Source of the DNA: an uncultured Thermoplasmata archaeon
GTDB lineage: Archaea; Thermoplasmatota; Thermoplasmata; Lutacidiplasmatales; UBA184
DNA: 64,000 bases
Direction: 5' to 3'
Assembly (NCBI GenBank): GCA_963787975.1
Contig: CAWBEU010000008.1
Span: 221,583-285,582, forward strand
Shown: one piece after another, positions 54,528-63,619 of the stretch
Position numbering within the stretch: the first letter of the stretch is position 1
Layout of the letters: the number at the start of each line of letters is the position of its first letter
The notes under the pieces: generated by a model
The model's database searches: none
Told to the model about the DNA's origin: nothing
The model's input: only the letters and a program-made list of their open reading frames with translations
Made by a program: the position numbers and the translations under genes

Positions 54528-55361
54528 ATGTCGCGATGGCTGGTCAGGTTCGGATACGATGGGGCGGGGTTCGCCGGATGGGCCCGCCAGCCCGGGCTTC
54601 GGACGGTTGAGGGAGTCCTGCGCGAGGGTATTCCGAGGACCGGCGTGGTCCCGACGATAGAGGCGGCCGGCCTCGCCGTCGCGAGCCGGACTGACCGAGG
54701 GGTGAGCGCGCGGGGCAACGCCCTGACCCTCACCACCGCGCTGCCCGCGATGGCAGTGTTGCGCGCATTGAACGGGATCGCTCCGGAAATTTTCTTCACG
54801 GCCATTTCCCAGGTCCCTCTCGAGTTCTCGGCCCGGGCCGCCTCGGGTCGAAGGTACCGATACTTCGAGCCGGCGGGCGAACACCATCTCGAGCGATGGC
54901 AGGACGCGGCCGCGAAGTTCCGAGGGGAGGTGGATGTTCGATCGTTCGGCCGGGACCTGCCGGCGGAACGCCCTGCCGTTCGAACGATCGAGGCGGTTCG
55001 GGTGCACCGAGCCGGCGCCCGGTGGCTGGTCGTGGATGTACGGGCCCCTTCGTTCGTCTGGGGGATGGTCCGAAAGATCATCGCGGCCCTTCGGAAGGTC
55101 GACGAGGGTACCCTCAGCCTCGCGCGGCTCGAGGGCGCGCTGCGGGGGGAGCACCGCCTGACGCTGCCGCTCGCAGAACCAGAGGGACTGGTGCTCTGGG
55201 ACGTGACGTATCCGGTCCAATGGTCCCGCGAATGGGGAGGTCCCAACCGCGCTCAAGTGCGCTACTTGGCCGACCGGGTGCGACTCGCGCGCGTCCGAGA
55301 GGTTATCGGTCGCGAGCTGTCCCAACGACCGATAGGGGCGAAGGGACGCCGGGGGCGGTAG
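54528..55361 (+). CDS. truA: tRNA pseudouridine(38-40) synthase
   Basis: Motifs RFGYDGAGFAGWARQPG, VASRTDRGVSARGNAL (catalytic Asp), YRYF, DVRSF. Confidence 0.85.
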   Translation: MSRWLVRFGYDGAGFAGWARQPGLRTVEGVLREGIPRTGVVPTIEAAGLAVASRTDRGVSARGNALTLTTALPAMAVLRALNGIAPEIFFTAISQVPLEFSARAASGRRYRYFEPAGEHHLERWQDAAAKFRGEVDVRSFGRDLPAERPAVRTIEAVRVHRAGARWLVVDVRAPSFVWGMVRKIIAALRKVDEGTLSLARLEGALRGEHRLTLPLAEPEGLVLWDVTYPVQWSREWGGPNRAQVRYLADRVRLARVREVIGRELSQRPIGAKGRRGR

Positions 55362-55371
55362 GACCGTCGGG

Positions 55372-56256
55372 CTAGGCGGCCGCAAGGAGGCCGGGCCAGT
55401 CCTGTTCGGCGGCCCACTCCTCGAAGCGGTGCCAGCCGATATCCGGGTAATCACGACGGAGCCGTTCGATGTCGACGGTATATCCGTGCTGGCTCAGCCA
55501 CTCCGACATGAGGGCCAGATCGACGCTTCGCTGGCGGAGGGCGTCCAGCGGCACCTGCCGGTACTGGATCGAACGGCCCGTGCACCGGCTCAGAATCTCG
55601 GCCTCCTGAAGCCCCGTGAGCTCGTCGCTCGCGATCTCGATTCGCTGGCCCCGGAACTTGGGGGGGTTCTCGAGCACGAACGCGTCGAAGGCGCCCAAGT
55701 CCGCCAGGGCGATCATCTGGAGAGGCTTCTCGGGCGGAAGGCCGGCGCCGATTTGGCCCTGCCGAAGTCCGGGGAGCGAGAACGGCGCGATTGCGTTGTC
55801 CATGAAGGAGACGGGCGCGACGATCGTGAACGGAGTACCGGAGCTCCGTAGGTGATGCTCCACGGCGAACTTGCTGTCGAAGTGCGGAATTCCGGTGTGC
55901 TGGCTCGCTGAGGCCACAGAGGAATAGACGATGTACGGGACGTCCGCCGCCCGGAGGGCGTCGATCGCAGCGATGCCCTGCTGACGTTCACCGTCCGCCC
56001 CCTTTTCGAACGCGGTGCCCATCAGGAACGCAGCGTCGGCGAAGTGGGCGGCCTGCTCGATGGCGTGGGCGTCCTCGAAGTTCCCCTGGAACACCTCGAC
56101 GCCGAGTTTCTGCAACGCCTTGGAGGCCGGCTTGTTCTTGTCCCGGACGAGTGCCCGGAGGCGATGGCCTCGCGCCTTGAGGTGGCGCAGGACGCTGCCT
56201 CCCTGGTGACCGGCGGCACCGGTGACGAGGATGAGCAGCGACTTGTCAGCGAGCAT
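55372..56256 (-). CDS. NmrA-family NAD(P)-binding protein
   Basis: Start Met at 56256 (MLADKSLLILVTGAAGHQGGSVLRHL); 56283 is an alternative. Motifs YIVYSSV, PHFDSKFAVE. Confidence 0.8.
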   Translation of the reverse strand: MLADKSLLILVTGAAGHQGGSVLRHLKARGHRLRALVRDKNKPASKALQKLGVEVFQGNFEDAHAIEQAAHFADAAFLMGTAFEKGADGERQQGIAAIDALRAADVPYIVYSSVASASQHTGIPHFDSKFAVEHHLRSSGTPFTIVAPVSFMDNAIAPFSLPGLRQGQIGAGLPPEKPLQMIALADLGAFDAFVLENPPKFRGQRIEIASDELTGLQEAEILSRCTGRSIQYRQVPLDALRQRSVDLALMSEWLSQHGYTVDIERLRRDYPDIGWHRFEEWAAEQDWPGLLAAA

Positions 56257-56419
56257 GTGGACGGCCGACTTCGAGGATGGCATGAGTCCGGTCCACGCGC
56301 CTAGGGGGAAATCGTTGTCGTCGGTGGGAACCCACGGGGGAGGCCTGGGTTGGGCGCTCAAGGGAATCGGGTCGAGTTGATATACCACGGGCCAGAGAAA
56401 CGATCCCGCCGAGGGAAGA

Positions 56420-57502
56420 ATGAACTCCGGGGTCCCCCCTCACGTGGCTGGGCTCCCGTCTCCGGCGCCCCCTCCGCCGGCTCCCTCGACCCCTGCGGGC
56501 GGGTCCGCGGGACGACAGTGGTTTCGGGTCCATCGCCCGGCACTCGTCCTGGTCGGGCTTTCGATCCTGATCCCGGAACTCCTGACAGGATCCACACCGG
56601 TGGCCACGCTGCTGAATCCGGTCGGAGACTTCTTCCTGCTGGGGCTGTATGGTGGGGGAGTACTCGTCATCCGAGAGGTCGCCCTTCGATGGAACCGGGG
56701 CTGGGCTCCCGTCCTGCTCCTCGGCGCCGCCTACGGCATTGTCGAGGAGGGACTGGGGACCAAGACGTTCTTTGATTGGGTCGAGATCGGGCGACCGAAC
56801 TTCGGGCCGTACACGCACTGGGCGGGCGTGAACTGGGTCTGGGCCGGTGAGCTGACGCTGTTCCATGCGATCTTCAGCATCGCGTTACCGATCGCGCTGA
56901 CGGGCCTGCTCTACCCAGCATCGCGCGGCCAGCGTTTCCTGTCCAACCGGGGTCTGGGGTGGACCTTCGGGGCGTACCTTGTGACGGTGACGGCGATGTT
57001 CTTCCTGTTCGACAGGGGGTACGTCCTCGCTCCGTCGCTGGTGGCCGGGTGCTTGGTTGCCATCGCTGCGCTGGTAGGGGCCGCGTGGAAGATTCCCGCC
57101 GGCTGGCTCCGGCCCCGGACGCCCGTACCCACCGCCTCTCCGCGGGCCGAGTTCTTGCTGGGCGGCGGGTTCGTGTGGGGTTTCTTCATCGTGTTCCTGG
57201 GGCTTCCGGGCCTCCTGAAGGATCCCTTCCTCACCGTCGTTCTCGGGTTCGCCTTTTCAGCCGTCTGTCTGATGGTGGTGCGCGCCACGATTGGGAACTC
57301 CGCCAACGACTCCCAGGTAGCCTATCTGGCGTTGGGCCTCCTGACGTTCTCGGTGGCCTTCGCCACGCTGATGGAATTCCTTGGGGACGTCTTCGTTTTC
57401 CTCGCGGTCGCCGCCGTGCTGTGGTTGATGGTCCATCTTTACCGTCAGTACAGACCGACGATCCAGGCCACGCCCAGGCACACCGGTCTGCCTGTTGATT
57501 AG
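56420..57502 (+). CDS. Polytopic membrane protein, unknown function
   Basis: 360 aa. P-rich N-terminus followed by ~8 hydrophobic helices. Confidence 0.6.
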   Translation: MNSGVPPHVAGLPSPAPPPPAPSTPAGGSAGRQWFRVHRPALVLVGLSILIPELLTGSTPVATLLNPVGDFFLLGLYGGGVLVIREVALRWNRGWAPVLLLGAAYGIVEEGLGTKTFFDWVEIGRPNFGPYTHWAGVNWVWAGELTLFHAIFSIALPIALTGLLYPASRGQRFLSNRGLGWTFGAYLVTVTAMFFLFDRGYVLAPSLVAGCLVAIAALVGAAWKIPAGWLRPRTPVPTASPRAEFLLGGGFVWGFFIVFLGLPGLLKDPFLTVVLGFAFSAVCLMVVRATIGNSANDSQVAYLALGLLTFSVAFATLMEFLGDVFVFLAVAAVLWLMVHLYRQYRPTIQATPRHTGLPVD

Positions 57503-57609
57503 ATTTGACCGGTAATGGGATGAGGAGCCCCGAGCTGAGGGCCGAAAGGCAATAGCGGCTCCGAGAGGTGACTCGTGGACCGTGGTTGGGCGGGGCGGGG
57601 GGGCGAGAG

Positions 57610-57930
57610 ATGACGACCCTCGGTGAGGTGCTCATTGACGTGTGGCGTCAGGCACTGTCGGAGGGGAAGAGCCGTGTCGAACTCCCTACCGGTACCTACC
57701 CCGTGACTCAGAGCCGAAACCAAGGGTTGAAGATGGTCTACTTCGGGTATGGGGACGATCGAATCGAAGGGATCGAGCAGAATCCCCTGAAGGCTTCCAC
57801 CTGGGCGAAGCGGGCCAGCCAAGGCGAGCGAATCATGCAGTTCTCGGTTCACGGTCAGTACGTCGGGAACGTCGCGGAGGGCAAGCTCACTCGTTATCCG
57901 GCGTGGCAAAGACAGGGTCTGCCCGAATAG
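57610..57930 (+). CDS. Hypothetical protein (106 aa)
   Basis: ATG 57610 (MTTLGEVLIDVWRQALSEGKSRVELPTG). Composition is protein-like. Confidence 0.45.
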   Translation: MTTLGEVLIDVWRQALSEGKSRVELPTGTYPVTQSRNQGLKMVYFGYGDDRIEGIEQNPLKASTWAKRASQGERIMQFSVHGQYVGNVAEGKLTRYPAWQRQGLPE

Positions 57931-57937
57931 GAAGGGA

Positions 57938-58038
57938 TGCTCCCGCCGGGATTTGAACCCGGGTTGGAGGGTGTCCTCGGCGGGGAACGTTCCCGCCTCG
58001 AAGGCCCTCTATCCTTGACCGGACTAGACTACGGGAGC
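57938..58038 (-). tRNA. tRNA-Glu (anticodon UUC) with 26-nt intron (57973..57998) at canonical 37/38 position
   Basis: Hand fold: GCUCCCG/CGGGAGC acceptor, D-arm GUCUAGUCCGGUCAAGGAU, anticodon stem GAGGG/CCCUC, T-arm CCGGG-UUCAAAU-CCCGG. The intron forms helix CCUU/GAGG flanked by 3-nt bulges CGA and ACA, plus hairpin GGCGGG-AACGUUC-CCCGCC. Confidence 0.8.
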
Positions 58039-58088
58039 ACGCCTTCCCCGGAGCGCCAGAGCTTATTCGCCTTCGCGCCCGGCGGCGG

Positions 58089-59392
58089 TCAACCGACGCG
58101 TTCCCACCGTTCGAGCTTTTGCACCTGGCCCAGGGTGCTGCCGCGTCGGATCTCTTCGCGGACCCGGTTCTCGTGCTCGAGCACGTCCAACGACCGATTC
58201 GCGATCTCCTGGGCCCGCTCGCGGGGCACGACAACGAGCCCCGACAGGTCTCCCACGATCCAGTCCCCCGGCCGGACCCGCTGGCCGCCGACGGTCACCT
58301 CGACCCCAATCTCGCCATGGCCTTTGGGCTCACCGGCATTGGGCGAGATGGACCGGCTGAACACCGGGAAACCGAGCTCGAGTATCGTGTCAATGTCCCG
58401 GGCCGCGCCGTCGATCACTACCCCCGAGAGCTTCCGCATGTGGGCACTCCACGAAGCGAGCTCCCCCCACACCGCCGTCGTGCTGCTTCCCGCGTCCACC
58501 ACGAGCACATCGCCGGGTCCGGCCCGGTCGATCGCCTCCACCGGTTTCGCCCAGTCCCCATCCCGGGTGACGACGGTGACGGCCGGTCCGGCCATCCGGA
58601 AGTTGGGATCCTTGTGGTGGGCGAGCAGTCCGTGCAGCGCCCCTTTTCTCTGGAGAGCATCGCTGATGTTCGGAGTGGAGACCTTCAGGAACGCTTGGCG
58701 GATGCCCGCCTCACCGACGCGATGGAACAGCTCGGTCGCGACCTCCGTCTGGGTGGTCATGGCCTGGCGAATCCGACGCGTCGCCTCGGTGACGTTGGCG
58801 CTCTTCGTGATCGCTCCACCGACGATCAGGATCAACGCGCCGGCCCGGGTCGCCTGCGCTACGGTCTCGGAGTTGAGACCCCCGGCAACCGAAACCGGGA
58901 TCGGCGACGCACGGGCCAGCGCTTCGAGCGCGTCGAACGGGGTTCTTCCGGCCATCTGCATGTCGATGCCGATGTGCCAGCAGACCGCTCCGGCGCCCAG
59001 CTCCGCGGAGCGCTTCGCCCGAGCCACGGGGTCCGCAACATTCAGCAAGTCGACGACGATTTCGGCGCCGTACCTTCTCCGGCTCGGACCGCGTCCGCGA
59101 TCGTATCGTCGTCGGCGGCCCCGAGGACCGTTACAAGGTCCGCTCCGGCCTTGGCCGCGATCTCGACCTCAAACGCGCCGGTGTCCATCACCTTCAGATC
59201 GGCCACGATTCGATGGTTCGGGAACGCACGTTTCAGCTCCCGTACGGCGTCGAGCCCCTCGCTCTTGATGAGAGGGGTTCCGGCTTCGACCCAGTCCGCG
59301 CCTCCCTCGACGGCCTCCTTGGCGGCCTGAAGGGCCCGGGAAAGGTTCTCGAAATCGAGCGCTACCTGGAGAACCGGGCGGTCGAGCTTCAC
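58089..59392 (-). CDS. Bifunctional 3-hexulose-6-phosphate synthase / RraA-like (ribonuclease-regulator-like) fusion; one frameshift
   Basis: ORF 59042..59392 (GTG start) reads [14 protein letters not shown]...[13 protein letters not shown] 58089..59048 continues the HPS barrel (IGIDMQMAG...VSVAGGLN...LIVGGAITK), then the RraA-like part (ISDALQRKG...VVVDAGSS...GELAS...VIDGAARD). The frames join (..AGE[13 protein letters not shown]..) with one missing base near 59073-59078. Confidence 0.8.
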
Positions 59393-59414
59393 GCGCCTTC
59401 GAGGGCCGATGGGC

Positions 59415-59420
59415 TATAAA
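59415..59420. promoter_or_regulatory. TATA-like box (TATAAA) in the 30-bp spacer between the divergent HPS-RraA and methyltransferase genes
   Basis: Its centre lies ~26 nt from GTG 59392 (minus) and ~30 nt from an in-frame GTG at 59447 (plus). Confidence 0.35.
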
Positions 59421-59422
59421 CC

Positions 59423-60232
59423 GTGAGCCAACCTGCCCGGAACACTGTGGCTGCCCCGTGTTCGGTACGAGTCATCGCCGGGGACGCCCGGCGCATGCCC
59501 GGTGTCGCGCCGGACTCCGTGGCGCTGGTAGTGACGTCGCCGCCGTACCCCATGATCGCGCAGTGGGACGAGCTCTTCGCGAGCTGGGGAGCGACCGACT
59601 TCGAGACGATGCATCGGGAGCTCGACCGGGTCTGGGCGGCGTGCCACCGCGCCCTGATGACGGGTGGGATCCTCGCGGTCAACATCGGAGATGCGGTACG
59701 GAGCGTGTCGGGCGAGTTCCGGCTCTGGTCGAATCACACGCGGGTCGTCTCCGCGGCCGAAAAGCTCGGGTTTCGGTCCCTCCCCTACATCCTTTGGAAG
59801 AAGCCGACCAACAAGCCGAACGCCTTCCTGGGGTCCGGCTTCCTCCCCCCGAACGCCTACGTGACCTTGGACTGCGAGTTCATTCTGCTCTTCCGGAAGG
59901 GACCTCTTCGGCGGTTGTCGCCCGGTTCCTCCGCACGCTTGGCAAGCCGGTACCGGAAAGAGGAACGAGATGTGTGGTTCTCGCAGGTCTGGGAGGGGAT
60001 TCGAGGCGTACCCCAGTCGCACGAGGGCCGGCGCTCCGGCGCGTTCCCCCCGGAGATTCCACGTCGGCTGATCCGGATGTTCTCGGTTGTCGGGGACACC
60101 GTGCTCGATCCGTTTGCGGGCACCGGAACGACGCTGTGGGAGGCGTCGAGCCTCGGCCGGCACGCCATTGGGATTGAGGTCGACCCCGCGCGGGTCCACG
60201 AACTCGAGAAGGAACGACGGCGTCACGGGTAG
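59423..60232 (+). CDS. DNA methyltransferase, beta-class N4-cytosine/N6-adenine type (N6_N4_Mtase family)
   Basis: Motif IV VVTSPPYP comes before motif I VLDPFAGTGTTLWEA (the beta permutation). The start may be GTG 59447 if the transcript is leaderless. Confidence 0.85.
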   Translation: MSQPARNTVAAPCSVRVIAGDARRMPGVAPDSVALVVTSPPYPMIAQWDELFASWGATDFETMHRELDRVWAACHRALMTGGILAVNIGDAVRSVSGEFRLWSNHTRVVSAAEKLGFRSLPYILWKKPTNKPNAFLGSGFLPPNAYVTLDCEFILLFRKGPLRRLSPGSSARLASRYRKEERDVWFSQVWEGIRGVPQSHEGRRSGAFPPEIPRRLIRMFSVVGDTVLDPFAGTGTTLWEASSLGRHAIGIEVDPARVHELEKERRRHG

Positions 60233-60255
60233 ACCCCCGCCGCCGGGGGGGGCCG

Positions 60256-60795
60256 CTAGATTTGCCGGTGCTGGACTTCCTCTTCCACCGCCCGCTGGAG
60301 ATACTTGAGCGAGGAATCCGACAGCCGGTCCATGTGGAGCAGTAGATAGTGCAGATAGATTCGCTCCGGACGGCGCGACGGCCCGGGCGTGTGGGGCCGG
60401 GTTCCCGGCGACGGCGGCTCGGCCACGGTCGTCATCTCGTCCAGCGTGGGCTGATGGTGCTCGTGCGCGGAGCCGTGGAAGTTGCGGCCCGTCTCCCCGA
60501 CGAGGGGAGGGTGGACGCGTGCAACGGGGTCATCGGGGTCCTCCGCCTCCTCGACCGGGGCCGCCGGAACGCCGGTGGTGACCGACAGACGAGGGGGGGT
60601 GGAGGAGGAGGGTGGAACGGACTTCAGGAATGGATGCTCCGGCCGTCCGGGCTCCTGCATATCCTCGATCGAGCGGCCGGTGACGTCCTCGACGATATGC
60701 CGGAGGTTCCAGGAATCACGACGACGGCGGGCCGGACCCTCCTCGGTCGCGGGCGCTATCTCCGCCATCGGGGGAGGCTTCCCGGCCGAGCTCAC
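60256..60795 (-). CDS. Hypothetical protein (up to 179 aa)
   Basis: P/E-rich N-half, helical C-terminus ERIYLHYLLLHMDRLSDSSLKYLQRAVEEEV. The listed start is GTG; ATG 60768 is an alternative. The 5' end overlaps the 3' end of the VirB4-like gene. Confidence 0.45.
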   Translation of the reverse strand: MSSAGKPPPMAEIAPATEEGPARRRRDSWNLRHIVEDVTGRSIEDMQEPGRPEHPFLKSVPPSSSTPPRLSVTTGVPAAPVEEAEDPDDPVARVHPPLVGETGRNFHGSAHEHHQPTLDEMTTVAEPPSPGTRPHTPGPSRRPERIYLHYLLLHMDRLSDSSLKYLQRAVEEEVQHRQI

Positions 60796-62494
60796 TTAAA
60801 CGTGCCGTTCGAGGGGAACGGACCTCGGGCGGTTCGGGGGCTTCCCCGCGCCCGAGAAGAGACTCCAACCACTCGAATTCGGGGGTCGAGGCGACGATCG
60901 CAAGGGGGAGGTGCCCGGCCCCGAAGCGGAGCAGCCCCTCGGAATAGCCGGCTTCCCCAGGCAGCCGCGTTCTCGGCAACCATTCTGCCTCGGCGGCCGT
61001 GAGTTGGAAGAAGTCCCGGGTGTCCGTCGAGACCTCGGAGAGGCGTAGGAGCATCGTGGCCCGTAGGTTCCGGAGCAGCGACCGACCCGCCCCGGTCGTC
61101 AGGAAGTCGTCCGGGTTCTGGCTCAGCAGGAGAAGACCGGCCCGGTAATGGCGGACGTGACGAACCAACTGGTCGAGGAACTCTGCGGTGGCGGGATGGC
61201 GGACCAGGTAATGGGCTTCGTCCACGACCAACAGTTTAGGTCGATCGTCGGCGCGCACGCGGGCGGTGAGGGCGTCGAGCGCGTAGGTCAGATGGAACGG
61301 GAGCTGCTCGGGCGGTACCGCATGCAAGTCCAGAGTGAGGGGGGACCCCTCGAGGGATACGGTCGTAGGGCCATCGAGATACTGGAGGGAGCCGTGCCGG
61401 AACACTTCGAGGAGGTCGTTCAGCCGCTCGGCCCCGGGTCGGTGGGCGAGCGCGTCGAGGAGGTCGGACCAGACCGGAATCTCCCGGCCCTCTCGATACA
61501 ACTGGCTCAATCGGCCGTCGAGCAAGGCGCCCTCGGCATCGGTGAGGCTTGGGAAAAGCGCCCGAAGCATCGTCCCCACACGACCCGCTTTCGCGTCGCG
61601 ATCCCCACCCGTCGAGACTGGGTCCAACGGATTCAATCGCTCGTGGCCGCCAGGACCGACGGTGATGACCGACCCGCCGAGGGCCCGGGTGAGGCGTGCG
61701 AATTCCCCCAGGGGATCCACGAAGAGCAGCTGGGCTTCCGGACAATTCCACCGGGTCCGGAGAGACCACAGGGCGGCGGCGAACGACTTGCCCGAGCCCG
61801 TGCTCCCGAAAATCCCCCAAGAGTAGCTGCCGTGCGTCCAGCGGTTGAGAAAGACCGGGTTCGCGTCGTCTAGGAGGAGCCCCACTAGGATGCCCCCCGG
61901 TTCGTGCACGCTCTCGTCCACGAAAGGGAACAGGGCGGCAATCGCGTCGGTGGCGAGGGTATGCCAGTACCCCGTGGGCCGGGGGAGAGCTCGTTCGGGT
62001 CCGGGTCAGATGGGATGAGCCCGGTCTCGAAGGTCGGCAAGCGAGCCCGGAATCCGAGCTCGTGGAGGCGATGGATCAGATGTGAACGGGCTCGCTCGGC
62101 CCTTCCCCGTCCCCGACCGCGCGCGTGGAAGCTGAGGCCGACGCGCCATAGATCCTGGTCCCGTGCTGCGACGCGGGCCGCGAGTTCTCGAGCGCTGTCG
62201 GCGTCGTGCTGGAGTTCGGACGGACGAGCGCCCGGGCTGTTCACGCGGGTTTCGAGGTCCGCCTCCGCGACGGCCGCCGCCTTCTCGGCGACGTCTCAGC
62301 GCGGAGCTCCTCGAGAACTTGCGAAGCGTGAGCCGGAGCTCCACCGGCTCAGAGGTCGGGAGCACCTGCCCGAGGAAGCCGAAGGGGACCTCGGAAGGGA
62401 GGTCCGTCACGAGAACCGGGGCGTCGACCCGGATGCCGTGGGTTAGCCAGGATCGACCCTCCTCAGTGCCGGATCCGCTCCCGCGACGGGTCAT
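60716..62494 (-). CDS. VirB4/TrbE-like (AAA_10) DNA-transfer ATPase, broken into three frames by two indels
   Basis: Piece 1 (62494 down): MTRRGSG...VLVTDLPSEVPFGFLGQVL. Piece 2 (61885..62244 frame): DVAEKAAAVAEADLE..SELQHDADSARELAARVAARDQDLWRVGLSF. Piece 3: YWHTLATDAIAALFPFVDES..., Walker A GIFGSTGSGKSF, Walker B PKLLVVDEAHYL, LLLLSQNPDDF. Junctions are at ~62280-62296 and at the G5 run 61981-61985. Confidence 0.75.
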
Positions 62495-62495
62495 G

Positions 62496-62855
62496 TCAGA
62501 TCCCCGCCCAGGCGGACCGTGCGAGGAACCAGAGCCCTACTGAGACGCCCCCTAGGAGCAGCGCGCGTCCCGGCGGAAAGATTGGACCGAAGAGGACAGC
62601 GGCACTCCACCCGGCACCGCCGAGTGCGAGGAACGGAAGGAGGCGGACGGGTCGGTAACCCGTCGCCCGTCGCGTTCGTAGCGCACGAAGGGCCCGAATC
62701 CAAACGACGAAGCTCGCTACGGCGGCGAGACTGATGGCACCCGCGACCAGCTCAGGCCATACGAGCGACGCCGCGCCGGCCAGGGCGGTTCCAACGGACG
62801 AGGTCGAAAGGGGATCGAGGTCACGCGGGGACAATGCATCGGAGCCAGCGGTCAC
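62496..62855 (-). CDS. Small membrane protein (119 aa, ~3-4 TM)
   Basis: Hydrophobic helices (AASLVWPELVAGAISLAAVASFVVWI, LLPFLALGGAGWSAAVLFGPIF, LLLGGVSVGLWFLA). Its stop is 1 nt from the VirB4-like start, and its start overlaps the upstream gene. Confidence 0.5.
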   Translation of the reverse strand: MTAGSDALSPRDLDPLSTSSVGTALAGAASLVWPELVAGAISLAAVASFVVWIRALRALRTRRATGYRPVRLLPFLALGGAGWSAAVLFGPIFPPGRALLLGGVSVGLWFLARSAWAGI

Positions 62856-63607
62856 GAAGCGACTCCACAGGTCGAAGCGGGTCGTCCACGGTCCGCGGGA
62901 ATTCTCCGCGCCGGTATCCCTAGGCGGTCCAGCGCCCCCACGAGTTCGTCCAGTTGGGTGTCGAGATTGATTGTCCTCGGTCCTCGGTCAGAGGGATCGC
63001 TCCACACCGTGAGATCCACTACTCGGCGGTACCGGCGACGGAGCAGGAGGTGCACCAACTCTCGGTAGGATTGCAGGGCCGGTCGCTCCGCGTCGTGCGG
63101 GCTCGCGGAAACCGGTAGGAAGGGTAGCGGAGAGAACACTTCTCCCCGCATGCGACAGCCGATGGGGCGATCCAGCGTCGCGAGGATCGACCGCCACTCC
63201 TCGAACAGACGCTGGAGTTCGTGGGGGGGCAGGTAGGCGATAGGGATGCCACCAGCTTGTACCGAGGTGGAAGCTCCCCGTGAGGAGCCCGGGGAAGGAT
63301 GGGTCGGGGGCGAAGCGCCCGACCCGCGGCGAGATCCGACGGAGGATCGCCATTGGAATCGACAGTACCCCAGCGCGAAATCGTCCAGCGTCTGTCCTTC
63401 AACCCGTACGAAGGCGATCATCGCCCCGGCGGCAAGAAAGGGGAGCCACACGACGGCCGAGGTGACCGCCGCGATGGTCGCGCCGATGATGGCGAGACAG
63501 AGAAACTTGACCAGGTCGCGCCCTGACCCGAAGGGACCGAGGCGAAGCCGGCGGTATGCGAGGTGATGGATCGGTATTGCCGACAGGTCGGCGGGAGCGA
63601 AACCCAT
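62852..63607 (-). CDS. PrgI/VirB3-like two-TM protein with soluble C-terminal region
   Basis: ATG 63607. DLSAIPIHHLAYRRLRLGPFGSGRDLVKFLCLAIIGATIAAVTSAVVWLPFLAAGAMIAFVRVEGQTLDDFALGY resembles PrgI/TcpE-type proteins. The C-part (YLPPHELQRLFEEWRSILATLDRPI) resembles VirB4 N-domain starts. Confidence 0.45.
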   Translation of the reverse strand: MGFAPADLSAIPIHHLAYRRLRLGPFGSGRDLVKFLCLAIIGATIAAVTSAVVWLPFLAAGAMIAFVRVEGQTLDDFALGYCRFQWRSSVGSRRGSGASPPTHPSPGSSRGASTSVQAGGIPIAYLPPHELQRLFEEWRSILATLDRPIGCRMRGEVFSPLPFLPVSASPHDAERPALQSYRELVHLLLRRRYRRVVDLTVWSDPSDRGPRTINLDTQLDELVGALDRLGIPARRIPADRGRPASTCGVAS

Positions 63608-63619
63608 CCTTTTCTCCCG

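Noticed and set aside
57937-59268. 443-aa plus-strand ORF 57937..59268.
   Set aside because: It runs through tRNA-Glu and is antisense to the HPS-RraA gene. The translation is low-complexity S/P/A/R shadow.
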